From positions 23,250,001-23,314,000 of the forward strand of contig OZ059895.1 of NCBI GenBank assembly GCA_964057225.1: 64,000 nucleotides of DNA. The letters are read 5' to 3'. The DNA comes from Auanema rhodensis. Its lineage: Eukaryota > Animalia > Nematoda. Shown in pieces: positions 49,101 to 64,000 of this stretch (positions are counted from its first letter, which is position 1; each line of letters opens with the position of its first letter). A program made the position numbers and the translations under genes. The notes beneath the pieces are model-generated. The model made no database searches. It was given only the letters and a program-made list of their open reading frames with translations, and was not told where the DNA came from.

Positions 49101-52100
49101 GCAATGTTGAGTGTACATGGAAACTCAACATACACTAATGCATCATTTTTCAAACGATCATAACTGATTTTTGTATTAAGCGTTTCTCAATGTAGTATAG
49201 TGCATTCGATGCGGATTTTTAAGCTGCGTCGATCTGTGTTATCAGATTTGCGCTAGCTTAAAAATGCACCGAGATATCAACTGATATATGTTCACACTTA
49301 TATCCTCGATTTTCACCCTGAAGAATTAATTTTTTCGTTGAATAACAATGTTCATCGTCTTTGTCTTGAAAAAAGGAATCTAAAAACATCTACTTTTTGC
49401 TAAATTATTTTGAAATTTTTCGAAAAAATTTTTGTCAAAATGTTTTTGGAAGCAATGTTGAGTGTACATGGAAACTCAACATACACTAATGCATCATTTT
49501 TCAAACGATCATAACTAATTTTTGTATTAAGCGTTTCTCAATGTAGTATAGTGCATTCGATGCGGATTTTTAAGCTGCGTCGATCTGTGTTATCAGATTT
49601 GCGCTAGCTTAAAAATGCACCGAGATATCAACTGATATATGTTCACACTTATATCCTCGATTTTCACCCTGAAGAATTAATTTTTTCGTTGAATAACAAT
49701 GTTCATCGTCTTTGCCTTGAAAAAAGGAATCTAAAAACATCTACTTTTTGCTAAATTATTTTGAAATTTTTCGAAAAAATTTTTGTCAAAATGTTTTTGG
49801 AAGCAATGTTGAGTGTACATGGAAACTCAACATACACTAATGCATCATTTTTCAAACGATCATAACTAATTTTTGTATTAAGCGTTTCTCAATGTAGTAT
49901 AGTGCATTCGATGCAGATTTTTAAGCTGCGTCGATCTGTGTTATCAGATTTGCGCTAGCTTAAAAATGCACCGAGATATCAACTGATATAAGTTCACACT
50001 TATATCCTCGATTTTCACCCTGAAGAATTAATTTTTTCGTTGAATAACAATGTCCATCGTCTTTGCCTTGAAAAAAGAAATCTAAAAACATCTACTTTTT
50101 GCTAAATTATTTTGTTAATTTTTCGAAAAAATTTTTGTCAAAATGTTTTTGGAAGCAATGTTGAGTGTACATGGAAACTCAACATACACTAATGCATCAT
50201 TTTTCAAACGATCATAACTAATTTTTGTATTAAGCGTTTCTCAATGTAGTATAGTGCATTCGATGCGGATTTTTAAGCTGCGTCGATCTGTGTTATCAGA
50301 TTTGCGCTAGCTTAAAAATGCACCGAGATATCAACTGATATATGTTCACACTTATATCCTCGATTTTCACCCTGAAGAATTAATTTTTTCGTTGAATAAC
50401 AATGTTCATCGTCTTTGCCTTTGAAAAAAGGAATCTAAAAACATCTACTTTTTGCTAAATTATTTTGAAATTTTTCGAAAAAATTTTTGTCAAAATGTTT
50501 TTGGAAGCAATGTTGAGTGTACATGGAAACTCAACATACACTAATGCATCATTTTTCAAACGATCATAACTAATTTTTGTATTAAGCGTTTCTCAATGTA
50601 GTATAGTGCATTCGATGCGGATTTTTAAGCTGCGTCGATCTGTGTTATCAGATTTGCGCTAGCTTAAAAATGCACCGAGATATCAACTGATATATGTTCA
50701 CACTTATATCCTCGATTTTCACCCTGAAGAATTAATTTTTTCGTTGAATAACAATGTTCATCGTCTTTGCCTTGAAAAAAGGAATCTAAAAACATCTACT
50801 TTTTGCTAAATTATTTTGAAATTTTTCGAAAAAATTTTTGTCAAAATGTTTTTGGAAGCAATGTTGAGTGTACATGGAAACTCAACATACACTAATGCAT
50901 CATTTTTCAAACGATCATAACTAATTTTTGTATTAAGCGTTTCTCAATGTAGTATAGTGCATTCGATGCGGATTTTTAAGCTGCGTCGATCTGTGTTATC
51001 AGATTTGCGCTAGCTTAAAAATGCACCGAGATATCAACTGATATATGTTCACACTTATATCCTCGATTTTCACCCTGAAGAATTAATTTTTTCGTTGAAT
51101 AACAATGTTCATCGTCTTTGCCTTGAAAAAAGGAATCTAAAAACATCTACTTTTTGCTAAATTATTTTGAAATTTTTCGAAAAAATTTTTGTCAAAATGT
51201 TTTTGGAAGCAATGTTGAGTGTACATGGAAACTCAACATACACTAATGCATCATTTTTCAAACGATCATAACTAATTTTTGTATTAAGCGTTTCTCAATG
51301 TAGTATAGTGCATTCGATGCGGATTTTTAAGCTGCGTCGATCTGTGTTATCAGATTTGCGCTAGCTTAAAAATGCACCGAGATATCAACTGATATATGTT
51401 CACACTTATATCCTCGATTTTCACCCTGAAGAATTAATTTTTTCGTTGAATAACAATGTTCATCGTCTTTGCCTTGAAAAAAGGAATCTAAAAACATCTA
51501 CTTTTTGCTAAATTATTTTGAAATTTTTCGAAAAAATTTTTGTCAAAATGTTTTTGGAAGCAATGTTGAGTGTACATGGAAACTCAACATACACTAATGC
51601 ATCATTTTTCAAACGATCATAACTAATTTTTGTATTAAGCGTTTCTCAATGTAGTATAGTGCATTCGATGCGGATTTTTAAGCTGCGTCGATCTGTGTTA
51701 TCAGATTTGCGCTAGCTTAAAAATGCACCGAGATATCAACTGATATATGTTCACACTTATATCCTCGATTTTCACCCTGAAGAATTAATTTTTTCGTTGA
51801 ATAACAATGTTCATCGTCTTTGCCTTGAAAAAAGGAATCTAAAAACATCTACTTTTTGCTAAATTATTTTGAAATTTTTCGAAAAAATTTTTGTCAAAAT
51901 GTTTTTGGAAGCAATGTTGAGTGTACATGGAAACTCAACATACACTAATGCATCATTTTTCAAACGATCATAACTAATTTTTGTATTAAGCGTTTCTCAA
52001 TGTAGTATAGTGCATTCGATGCGGATTTTTAAGCTGCGTCGATCTGTGTTATCAGATTTGCGCTAGCTTAAAAATGCACCGAGATATCAACTGATATAAG

Positions 52101-55100
52101 TTCACACTTATATCCTCGATTTTCACCCTGAAGAATTAATTTTTTCGTTGAATAACAATGTCCATCGTCTTTGCCTTGAAAAAAGAAATCTAAAAACATC
52201 TACTTTTTGCTAAATTATTTTGAAATTTTTCGAAAAAATTTTTGTCAAAATGTTTTTAGAAGCAATGTTGAGTGTACATGGAAACTCAACATACACTAAT
52301 GCATCATTTTTCAAACGATCATAACTAATTTTTGTATTAAGCGTTTCTCAATGTAGTATAGTGCATTCGATGCGGATTTTTAAGCTGCAATGATCTGTGT
52401 TATCAGATTTGCGCTAGCTTAAAAATGCACCGAGATATCAACTGATATATGTTCACACTTATATCCTCGATTTTCACCCTGAAGAATTAATTTTTTCGTT
52501 GAATAACAATGTTCATCGTCTTTGCCTTGAAAAAAGGAATCTAAAAACATCTACTTTTTGCTAAATTATTTTGAAATTTTTCGAAAAAATTTTTGTCAAA
52601 ATGTTTTTGGAAGCAATGTTGAGTGTACATGGAAACTCAACATACACTAATGCATCATTTTTCAAACGATCATAACTAATTTTTGTATTAAGCGTTTCTC
52701 AATGTAGTATAGTGCATTCGATGCGGATTTTTAAGCTGCGTCGATCTGTGTTATCAGATTTGCGCTAGCTTAAAAATGCACCGAGATATCAACTGATATA
52801 TGTTCACACTTATATCCTCGATTTTCACCCTGAAGAATTAATTTTTTCGTTGAATAACAATGTTCATCGTCTTTGCCTTGAAAAAAGGAATCTAAAAACA
52901 TCTACTTTTTGCTAAATTATTTTGAAATTTTTCGAAAAAATTTTTGTCAAAATGTTTTTGGAAGCAATGTTGAGTGTACATGGAAACTCAACATACACTA
53001 ATGCATCATTTTTCAAACGATCATAACTAATTTTTGTATTGAGCGTTTCTCAATGTAGTATAGTGCATTCGATGCGGATTTTTAAGCTGCGTCGATCTGT
53101 GTTATCAGATTTGCGCTAGCTTAAAAATGCACCGAGATATCAACTGATATATGTTCACACTTATATCCTCGATTTTCACCCTGAAGAATTAATTTTTTCG
53201 TTGAATAACAATGTCCATCGTCTTTGCCTTGAAAAAAGGAATCTAAAAACATCTACTTTTTGCTAAATTATTCTGAAATTTTTCGAAAAAATTTTTGTCA
53301 AAATGTTTTTGGAAGCAATGTTGAGTGTACATGGAAACTCAACATACACTAATGCATCATTTTTCAAACGATCATAACTAATTTTTGTATTGAGCGTTTC
53401 TCAATGTAGTATAGTGCATTCGATGCGGATTTTTAAGCTGCGTCGATCTGTGTTATCAGATTTGCGCTAGCTTAAAAATGCACCGAGATATCAACTGATA
53501 TAAGTTCACACTTATATCCTCGATTTTCACCCTGAAGAATTAATTTTTTCGTTGAATAACAATGTCCATCGTCTTTGCCTTGAAAAAAGAAATCTAAAAA
53601 CATCTACTTTTTGCTAAATTATTTTGAAATTTTTCGAAAAAATTTTTGTCAAAATGTTTTTAGAAGCAATGTTGAGTGTACATGGAAACTCAACATACAC
53701 TAATGCATCATTTTTCAAACGATCATAACTAATTTTTGTAATAAGCGTTTCTCAATGTAGTATAGTGCATTCGATGCAGATTTTTAAGCTGCGTCGATCT
53801 GTGTTATCAGATTTGCGCTAGCTTAAAAATGCACCGAGATATCAACTGATATAAGTTCACACTTATATCCTCGATTTTCACCCTGAAGAATTAATTTTTT
53901 CGTTGAATAACAATGTCCATCGTCTTTGCCTTGAAAAAAGAAATCTAAAAACATCTACTTTTTGCTAAATTATTTTGAAATTTTTCGAAAAAATTTTTGT
54001 CAAAATGTTTTTGGAAGCAATGTTGAGTGTACATGGAAACTCAACATACACTAATGCATCATTTTTCAAACGATCATAACTAATTTTTGTATTAAGCGTT
54101 TCTCAATGTAGTATAGTGCATTCGATGCGGATTTTTAAGCTGCGTCGATCTGTGTTATCAGATTTGCGCTAGCTTAAAAATGCACCGAGATATCAACTGA
54201 TATATGTTCACACTTATATCCTCAATTTTCACCCTGAAGAATTAATTTTTTCGTTGAATAACAATGTTCATCGTCTTTGCCTTGAAAAAAAGGAATCTAA
54301 AAACATCTACTTTTTGCTAAATTATTTTGAAATTTTTCGAAAAAATTTTTGTCAAAATGTTTTTGGAAGCAATGTTGAGTGTACATGGAAACTCAACATA
54401 CACTAATGCATCATTTTTCAAACGATCATAACTAATTTTTGTATTAAGCGTTTCTCAATGTAGTATAGTGCATTCGATGCGGATTTTTAAGCTGCGTCGA
54501 TCTGTGTTATCAGATTTGCGCTAGCTTAAAAATGCACCGAGATATCAACTGATATATGTTCACACTTATATCCTCGATTTTCACCCTGAAGAATTAATTT
54601 TTTCGTTGAATAACAATGTTCATCGTCTTTGCCTTGAAAAAAGGAATCTAAAAACATCTACTTTTTGCTAAATTATTTTGAAATTTTTCGAAAAACTTTT
54701 TGTCAAAATGTTTTTGGAAGCAATGTTGAGTGTACATGGAAACTCAACATACACTAATGCATCATTTTTCAAACGATCATAACTAATTTTTGTATTAAGC
54801 GTTTCTCAATGTAGTATAGTGCATTCGATGCGGATTTTTAAGCTGCGTCGATCTGTGTTATCAGATTTGCGCTAGCTTAAAAATGCACCGAGATATCAAC
54901 TGATATATGTTCACACTTATATCCTCGATTTTCACCCTGAAGAATTAATTTTTTCGTTGAATAACAATGTTCATCGTCTTTGCCTTGAAAAAAGGAATCT
55001 AAAAACATCTACTTTTTGCTAAATTATTTTGAAATTTTTCGAAAAAATTTTTGTCAAAATGTTTTTGGAAGCAATGTTGAGTGTACATGGAAACTCAACA

Positions 55101-58100
55101 TACACTAATGCATCATTTTTCAAACGATCATAACTAATTTTTGTATTAAGCGTTTCTCAATGTAGTATAGTGCATTCGATGCAGATTTTTAAGCTGCGTC
55201 GATCTGTGTTATCAGATTTGCGCTAGCTTAAAAATGCACCGAGATATCAACTGATATATGTTCACACTTATATCCTCGATTTTCACCCTGAAGAATTAAT
55301 TTTTTCGTTGAATAACAATGTTCATCGTCTTTGCCTTGAAAAAAAGGAATCTAAAAACATCTACTTTTTGCTAAATTATTTTGAAATTTTTCGAAAAAAT
55401 TTTTGTCAAAATGTTTTTGGAAGCAATGTTGAGTGTACATGGAAACTCAACATACACTAATGCATCATTTTTCAAACGATCATAACTAATTTTTGTATTA
55501 AGCGTTTCTCAATGTAGTATAGTGCATTCGATGCGGATTTTTAAGCTGCGTCGATCTGTGTTATCAGATTTGCGCTAGCTTAAAAATGCACCGAGATATC
55601 AACTGATATATGTTCACACTTATATCCTCGATTTTCACCCTGAAGAATTAATTTTTTCGTTGAATAACAATGTTCATCGTCTTTGCCTTGAAAAAAGGAA
55701 TCTAAAAACATCTACTTTTTGCTAAATTATTTTGAAATTTTTCGAAAAACTTTTTGTCAAAATGTTTTTGGAAGCAATGTTGAGTGTACATGGAAACTCA
55801 ACATACACTAATGCATCATTTTTCAAACGATCATAACTAATTTTTGTATTAAGCGTTTCTCAATGTAGTATAGTGCATTCGATGCGGATTTTTAAGCTGC
55901 GTCGATCTGTGTTATCAGATTTGCGCTAGCTTAAAAATGCACCGAGATATCAACTGATATATGTTCACACTTATATCCTCGATTTTCACCCTGAAGAATT
56001 AATTTTTTCGTTGAATAACAATGTTCATCGTCTTTGCCTTGAAAAAAGGAATCTAAAAACATCTACTTTTTGCTAAATTATTTTGAAATTTTTCGAAAAA
56101 ATTTTTGTCAAAATGTTTTTGGAAGCAATGTTGAGTGTACATGGAAACTCAACATACACTAATGCATCATTTTTCAAACGATCATAACTAATTTTTGTAT
56201 TAAGCGTTTCTCAATGTAGTATAGTGCATTCGATGCAGATTTTTAAGCTGCGTCGATCTGTGTTATCAGATTTGCGCTAGCTTAAAAATGCACCGAGATA
56301 TCAACTGATATATGTTCACACTTATATCCTCGATTTTCACCCTGAAGAATTAATTTTTTCGTTGAATAACAATGTTCATCGTCTTTGCCTTGAAAAAAAG
56401 GAATCTAAAAACATCTACTTTTTGCTAAATTATTTTGAAATTTTTCGAAAAAATTTTTGTCAAAATGTTTTTGGAAGCAATGTTGAGTGTACATGGAAAC
56501 TCAACATACACTAATGCATCATTTTTCAAACGATCATAACTAATTTTTGTATTAAGCGTTTCTCAATGTAGTATAGTGCATTCGATGCGGATTTTTAAGC
56601 TGCGTCGATCTGTGTTATCAGATTTGCGCTAGCTTAAAAATGCACCGAGATATCAACTGATATATGTTCACACTTATATCCTCGATTTTCACCCTGAAGA
56701 ATTAATTTTTTCGTTGAATAACAATGTTCATCGTCTTTGCCTTGAAAAAAGGAATCTAAAAACATCTACTTTTTGCTAAATTATTTTGAAATTTTTCGAA
56801 AAACTTTTTGTCAAAATGTTTTTGGAAGCAATGTTGAGTGTACATGGAAACTCAACATACACTAATGCATCATTTTTCAAACGATCATAACTAATTTTTG
56901 TATTAAGCGTTTCTCAATGTAGTATAGTGCATTCGATGCGGATTTTTAAGCTGCGTCGATCTGTGTTATCAGATTTGCGCTAGCTTAAAAATGCACCGAG
57001 ATATCAACTGATATATGTTCACACTTATATCCTCGATTTTCACCCTGAAGAATTAATTTTTTCGTTGAATAACAATGTTCATCGTCTTTGCCTTGAAAAA
57101 AGGAATCTAAAAACATCTACTTTTTGCTAAATTATTTTGAAATTTTTCGAAAAAATTTTTGTCAAAATGTTTTTGGAAGCAATGTTGAGTGTACATGGAA
57201 ACTCAACATACACTAATGCATCATTTTTCAAACGATCATAACTAATTTTTGTATTAAGCGTTTCTCAATGTAGTATAGTGCATTCGATGCAGATTTTTAA
57301 GCTGCGTCGATCTGTGTTATCAGATTTGCGCTAGCTTAAAAATGCACCGAGATATCAACTGATATATGTTCACACTTATATCCTCGATTTTCACCCTGAA
57401 GAATTAATTTTTTCGTTGAATAACAATGTCCATCGTCTTTGCCTTGAAAAAAGGAATCTAAAAACATCTACTTTTTGCTAAATTATTTTGAAATTTTTCG
57501 AAAAAATTTTTGTCAAAATGTTGTTGGAAGCAATGTTGAGTGTACATGGAAACTCAACATACACTAATGCATCATTTTTCAAACGATCATAACTAATTTT
57601 TGTATTAAGCGTTTCTCAATGTAGTATAGTGCATTCGATGCGGATTTTTAAGCTGCGTCGATCTGTGTTATCAGATTTGCGCTAGCTTAAAAATGCACCG
57701 AGATATCAACTGATATATGTTCACACTTATATCCTCGATTTTCACCCTGAAGAATTAATTTTTTCGTTGAATAACAATGTTCATCGTCTTTGCCTTGAAA
57801 AAAGGAATCTAAAAACATCTACTTTTTGCTAAATTATTTTGAAATTTTTCGAAAAAATTTTTGTCAAAATGTTTTTGGAAGCAATGTTGAGTGTACATGG
57901 AAACTCAACATACACTAATGCATCATTTTTCAAACGATCATAACTAATTTTTGTATTAAGCGTTTCTCAATGTAGTATAGTGAATTCGATGCGGATTTTT
58001 AAGCTGCGTCGATCTGTGTTATCAGATTTGCGCTAGCTTAAAAATGCACCGAGATATCAACTGATATAAGTTCACACTTATATCCTCGATTTTCACCCTG

Positions 58101-61100
58101 AAGAATTAATTTTTTCGTTGAATAACAATGTTCATCGTCTTTGCCTTGAAAAAAGGAATCTAAAAACATCTACTTTTTGCTAAATTATTTTGTTAATTTT
58201 TCGAAAAAATTTTTGTCAAAATGTTTTTGGAAGCAATGTTGAGTGTACATGGAAACTCAACATACACTAATGCATCATTTTTCAAACGATCATAACTAAT
58301 TTTTGTATCAAGCGTTTCTCAATGTAGTATAGTGCATTCGATGCGGATTTTTAAGCTGCGTCGATCTGTGTTATCAGATTTGCGCTAGCTTAAAAATGCA
58401 CCGAGATATCAACTGATATAAGTTCACACTTATATCCTCGATTTTCACCCTGAAGAATTAATTTTTTCGTTGAATAACAATGTCCATCGTCTTTGCCTTG
58501 AAAAAAGAAATCTAAAAACATCTACTTTTTGCTAAATTATTTTGAAATTTTTCGAAAAAATTTTTGTCAAAATGTTTTTAGAAGCAATGTTGAGTGTACA
58601 TGGAAACTCAACATACACTAATGCATCATTTTTCAAACGATCATAACTAATTTTTGTATTAAGCGTTTCTCAATGTAGTATAGTGCATTCGATGCGGATT
58701 TTTAAGCTGCAATGATCTGTGTTATCAGATTTGCGCTAGCTTAAAAATGCACCGAGATATCAACTGATATAAGTTCACACTTATATCCTCGATTTTCACC
58801 CTGAAGAATTAATTTTTTCGTTGAATAACAATGTCCATCGTCTTTGCCTTGAAAAAAGAAATCTAAAAACATCTACTTTTTGCTAAATTATTTTGAAATT
58901 TTTCGAAAAAATTTTTGTCAAAATGTTTTTGGAAGCAATGTTGAGTGTACATGGAAACTCAACATACACTAATGCATCATTTTTCAAACGATCATAACTA
59001 ATTTTTGTATTAAGCGTTTCTCAATGTAGTATAGTGCATTCGATGCGGATTTTTAAGCTGCGTCGATCTGTGTTATCAGATTTGCGCTAGCTTAAAAATG
59101 CACCGAGATATCAACTGATATATGTTCACACTTATATCCTCGATTTTCACCCTGAAGAATTAATTTTTTCGTTGAATAACAATGTTGATCGTCTTTGCCT
59201 TGAAAAAAGGAATCTAAAAACATCTACTTTTTGCTAAATTATTTTGAAATTTTTCGAAAAAATTTTTGTCAAAATGTTTTTGGAAGCAATGTTGAGTGTA
59301 CATGGAAACTCAACATACACTAATGCATCATTTTTCAAACGATCATAACTAATTTTTGTATTAAGCGTTTCTCAATGTAGTATAGTGAATTCGATGCGGA
59401 TTTTTAAGCTGCGTCGATCTGTGTTATCAGATTTGCGCTAGCTTAAAAATGCACCGAGATATCAACTGATATAAGTTCACACTTATATCCTCGATTTTCA
59501 CCCTGAAGAATTAATTTTTTCGTTGAATAACAATGTTCATCGTCTTTGCCTTGAAAAAAGAAATCTAAAAACATCTACTTTTTGCTAAATTATTTTGAAA
59601 TTTTTCGAAAAAATTTTTGTCAAAATGTTTTTAGAAGCAATGTTGAGCGTACATGGAAACTCAACATACACTAATGCATCATTTTTCAAACGATCATAAC
59701 TAATTTTTGTATTAAGCGTTTCTCAATGTAGTATAGTGCATTCGATGCGGATTTTTAAGCTGCAATGATCTGTGTTATCAGATTTGCGCTAGCTTAAAAA
59801 TGCACCGAGATATCAACTGATATAAGTTCACACTTATATCCTCGATTTTCACCCTGAAGAATTAATTTTTTCGTTGAATAACAATGTCCATCGTCTTTGC
59901 CTTGAAAAAAGAAATCTAAAAACATCTACTTTTTGCTAAATTATTTTGAAATTTTTCGAAAAAATTTTTGTCAAAATGTTTTTGGAAGCAATGTTGAGTG
60001 TACATGGAAACTCAACATACACTAATGCATCATTTTTCAAACGATCATAACTAATTTTTGTATTAAGCGTTTCTCAATGTAGTATAGTGCATTCGATGCA
60101 GATTTTTAAGCTGCGTCGATCTGTGTTATCAGATTTGCGCTAGCTTAGAAATGCACCGAGATATCAACTGATATATGTTCACACTTATATCCTCGATTTT
60201 CACCCTGAAGAATTAATTTTTTCGTTGAATAACAATGTCCATCGTCTTTGCCTTGAAAAAAGGAATCTAAAAACATCTACTTTTTGCTAAATTATTTTGA
60301 AATTTTTCGAAAAAATTTTTGTCAAAATGTTTTTGGAAGCAATGTTGAGTGTACATGGAAACTCAACATACACTAATGCATCATTTTTCAAACGATCATA
60401 ACTAATTTTTGTATTAAGCATTTCTCAATGTAGTATAGTGCATTCGATGCGGATTTTTAAGCTGCGTCGATCTGTGTTATCAGATTTGCGCTAGCTTAAA
60501 AATGCACCGAGATATCAACTGATATAAGTTCACACTTATATCCTCGATTTTCACCCTGAAGAATTAATTTTTTCGTTGAATAACAATGTCCATCGTCTTT
60601 GCCTTGAAAAAAGAAATCTAAAAACATCTACTTTTTGCTAAATTATTTTGAAATTTTTCGAAAAAATTTTTGTCAAAATGTTTTTAGAAGCAATGTTGAG
60701 TGTACATGGAAACTCAACATACACTAATGCATCATTTTTCAAACGATCATAACTAATTTTTGTATTAAGCGTTTCTCAATGTAGTATAGTGCATTCGATG
60801 CGGAATTTTAAGCTGCAATGATCTGTGTTATCAGATTTGCGCTAGCTTAAAAATGCACCGAGATATCAACTGATATATGTTCACACTTATATCCTCGATT
60901 TTCACCCTGAAGAATTAATTTTTTCGTTGAATAACAATGTTCATCGTCTTTGCCTTGAAAAAAGGAATCTAAAAACATCTACTTTTTGCTAAATTATTTT
61001 GAAATTTTTCGAAAAAATTTTTGTCAAAATGTTTTTGGAAGCAATGTTGAGTGTACATGGAAACTCAACATACACTAATGCATCATTTTTCAAACGATCA

Positions 61101-64000
61101 TAACTAATTTTTGTATTAAGCGTTTCTTAATGTAGTATAGTGCATTCGATGCGGATTTTTAAGCTGCGTCGATCTGTGTTATCAGATTTGCGCTAGCTTA
61201 AAAATGCACCGAGATATCAACTGATATATGTTCACACTTATATCCTCGATTTTCACCCTGAAGAATTAATTTTTTCGTTGAATAACAATGTTCATCGTCT
61301 TTGCCTTGAAAAAAGGAATCTAAAAACATCTACTTTTTGCTAAATTATTTTGAAATTTTTCGAAAAAATTTTTGTCAAAATGTTTTTGGAAGCAATGTTG
61401 AGTGTACATGGAAACTCAACATACACTAATGCATCATTTTTCAAACGATCATAACTAATTTTTGTATTAAGCGTTTCTCAATGTAGTATAGTGCATTCGA
61501 TGCGGATTTTTAAGCTGCAATGATCTGTGTTATCAGATTTGCGCTAGCTTAAAAATGCACCGAGATATCAACTGATATATGTTCACACTTATATCCTCGA
61601 TTTTCACCCTGAAGAATTAATTTTTTCGTTGAATAACAATGTTCATCGTCTTTGCCTTGAAAAAAGGAATCTAAAAACATCTACTTTTTGCTAAATTATT
61701 TTGAAATTTTTCGAAAAAATTTTTGTCAAAATGTTTTTGGAAGCAATGTTGAGTGTACATGGAAACTCAACATACACTAATGCATCATTTTTCAAACGAT
61801 CATAACTAATTTTTGTATTAAGCGTTTCTCAATGTAGTATAGTGCATTCGATGCGGATTTTTAAGCTGCGTCGATCTGTGTTATCAGATTTGCGCTAGCT
61901 TAAAAATGCACCGAGATATCAACTGATATATGTTCACACTTATATCCTCGATTTTCACCCTGAAGAATTAATTTTTTCGTTGAATAACAATGTTCATCGT
62001 CTTTGCCTTGAAAAAAGGAATCTAAAAACATCTACTTTTTGCTAAATTATTTTGAAATTTTTCGAAAAAATTTTTGTCAAAATGTTTTTGGAAGCAATGT
62101 TGAGTGTACATGGAAACTCAACATACACTAATGCATCATTTTTCAAACGATCATAACTAATTTTTGTATTAAGCGTTTCTCAATGTAGTATAGTGCATTC
62201 GATGCGGATTTTTAAGCTGCGTCGATCTGTGTTATCAGATTTGCGCTAGCTTAAAAATGCACCGAGATATCAACTGATATATGTTCACACTTATATCCTC
62301 GATTTTCACCCTGAAGAATTAATTTTTTCGTTGAATAACAATGTCCATCGTCTTTGCCTTGAAAAAAGGAATCTAAAAACATCTACTTTTTGCTAAATTA
62401 TTCTGAAATTTTTCGAAAAAATTTTTGTCAAAATGTTTTTGGAAGCAATGTTGAGTGTACATGGAAACTCAACATACACTAATGCATCATTTTTCAAACG
62501 ATCATAACTAATTTTTGTATTGAGCGTTTCTCAATGTAGTATAGTGCATTCGATGCGGATTTTTAAGCTGCGTCGATCTGTGTTATCAGATTTGCGCTAG
62601 CTTAAAAATGCACCGAGATATCAACTGATATAAGTTCACACTTATATCCTCGATTTTCACCCTGAAGAATTAATTTTTTCGTTGAATAACAATGTCCATC
62701 GTCTTTGCCTTGAAAAAAGAAATCTAAAAACATCTACTTTTTGCTAAATTATTTTGAAATTTTTCGAAAAAATTTTTGTCAAAATGTTTTTAGAAGCAAT
62801 GTTGAGTGTACATGGAAACTCAACATACACTAATGCATCATTTTTCAAACGATCATAACTAATTTTTGTATTAAGCGTTTCTCAATGTAGTATAGTGCAT
62901 TCGATGCGGATTTTTAAGCTGCAATGATCTGTGTTATCAGATTTGCGCTAGCTTAAAAATGCACCGAGATATCAACTGATATATGTTCACACTTATATCC
63001 TCGATTTTCACCCTGAAGAATTAATTTTTTCGTTGAATAACAATGTTCATCGTCTTTGCCTTGAAAAAAGGAATCTAAAAACATCTACTTTTTGCTAAAT
63101 TATTTTGAAATTTTTCGAAAAAATTTTTGTCAAAATGTTTTTGGAAGCAATGTTGAGTGTACATGGAAACTCAACATACACTAATGCATCATTTTTCAAA
63201 CGATCATAACTAATTTTTGTATTAAGCGTTTCTCAATGTAGTATAGTGCATTCGATGCGGATTTTTAAGCTGCAATGATCTGTGTTATCAGATTTGCGCT
63301 AGCTTAAAAATGCACCGAGATATCAACTGATATATGTTCACACTTATATCCTCGATTTTCACCCTGAAGAATTAATTTTTTCGTTGAATAACAATGTTCA
63401 TCGTCTTTGCCTTGAAAAAAGGAATCTAAAAACATCTACTTTTTGCTAAATTATTTTGAAATTTTTCGAAAAAATTTTTGTCAAAATGTTTTTGGAAGCA
63501 ATGTTGAGTGTACATGGAAACTCAACATACACTAATGCATCATTTTTCAAACGATCATAACTAATTTTTGTATTAAGCGTTTCTCAATGTAGTATAGTGC
63601 ATTCGATGCGGATTTTTAAGCTGCGTCGATCTGTGTTATCAGATTTGCGCTAGCTTAAAAATGCACCGAGATATCAACTGATATATGTTCACACTTATAT
63701 CCTCGATTTTCACCCTGAAGAATTAATTTTTTCGTTGAATAACAATGTTCATCGTCTTTGCCTTGAAAAAAGGAATCTAAAAACATCTACTTTTTGCTAA
63801 ATTATTTTGAAATTTTTCGAAAAAATTTTTGTCAAAATGTTTTTGGAAGCAATGTTGAGTGTACATGGAAACTCAACATACACTAATGCATCATTTTTCA
63901 AACGATCATAACTAATTTTTGTATTAAGCGTTTCTCAATGTAGTATAGTGCATTCGATGCGGATTTTTAAGCTGCAATGATCTGTGTTATCAGATTTGCG

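Larger units (their letters stand above)
7120..64000. repeat. Tandem satellite array, 351-bp monomer, about 163 units, single orientation
   Basis: Monomer starts at 7151, 7502, 7853 ... 63889. Period is 351 (352 for +1 indel variants). Units differ by only a few recurrent variants. The ORF track shows no ORF after 7148. Confidence 0.99.

Noticed and set aside
7120-64000. CRISPR array, rDNA/5S, tRNA, snRNA or SL RNA tandem cluster
   Set aside because: No unique spacers and no recognisable RNA gene or SL1 leader. The AATTTTTG Sm-like motifs are expected by chance in T-rich DNA.
7120-64000. Drosophila 359-bp (1.688) satellite
   Set aside because: The period is 351 bp, I do not recognise the sequence as 1.688, and the inserted element has a nematode-type PBS.

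Overview
Eukaryotic, AT-rich heterochromatin-type window, most likely from a nematode (the PBS matches nematode-type tRNA-Pro as I recall it). It contains no host genes. About 57 kb (7120-64000, plus 1-324) is a highly homogeneous head-to-tail satellite array of 351-bp monomers: about 161 full units plus two 104-bp deletion units, running off both window edges. The monomer is rich in dyad symmetries, and shared variants define local higher-order blocks of 3, 6, 7 and 17 units. One monomer is interrupted by a 6795-bp Ty3/Gypsy (Cer1-like) LTR retrotransposon at 325-7119. It has apparently identical 484-bp TG...CA LTRs, an AGTG target-site duplication, a tRNA-Pro PBS and a PPT. Its gag-PR-RT-RNaseH-IN polyprotein is broken by a single frameshift inside RNase H. 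Unusual points: insertion into a satellite dyad, a duplicated hairpin+PPT module followed by a tRNA-iMet-like PBS sequence, a decayed dUTPase-like domain, splice signals suggesting a truncated spliced accessory gene, and a pol ORF that reads into the 3' LTR. All comparisons were done by eye.
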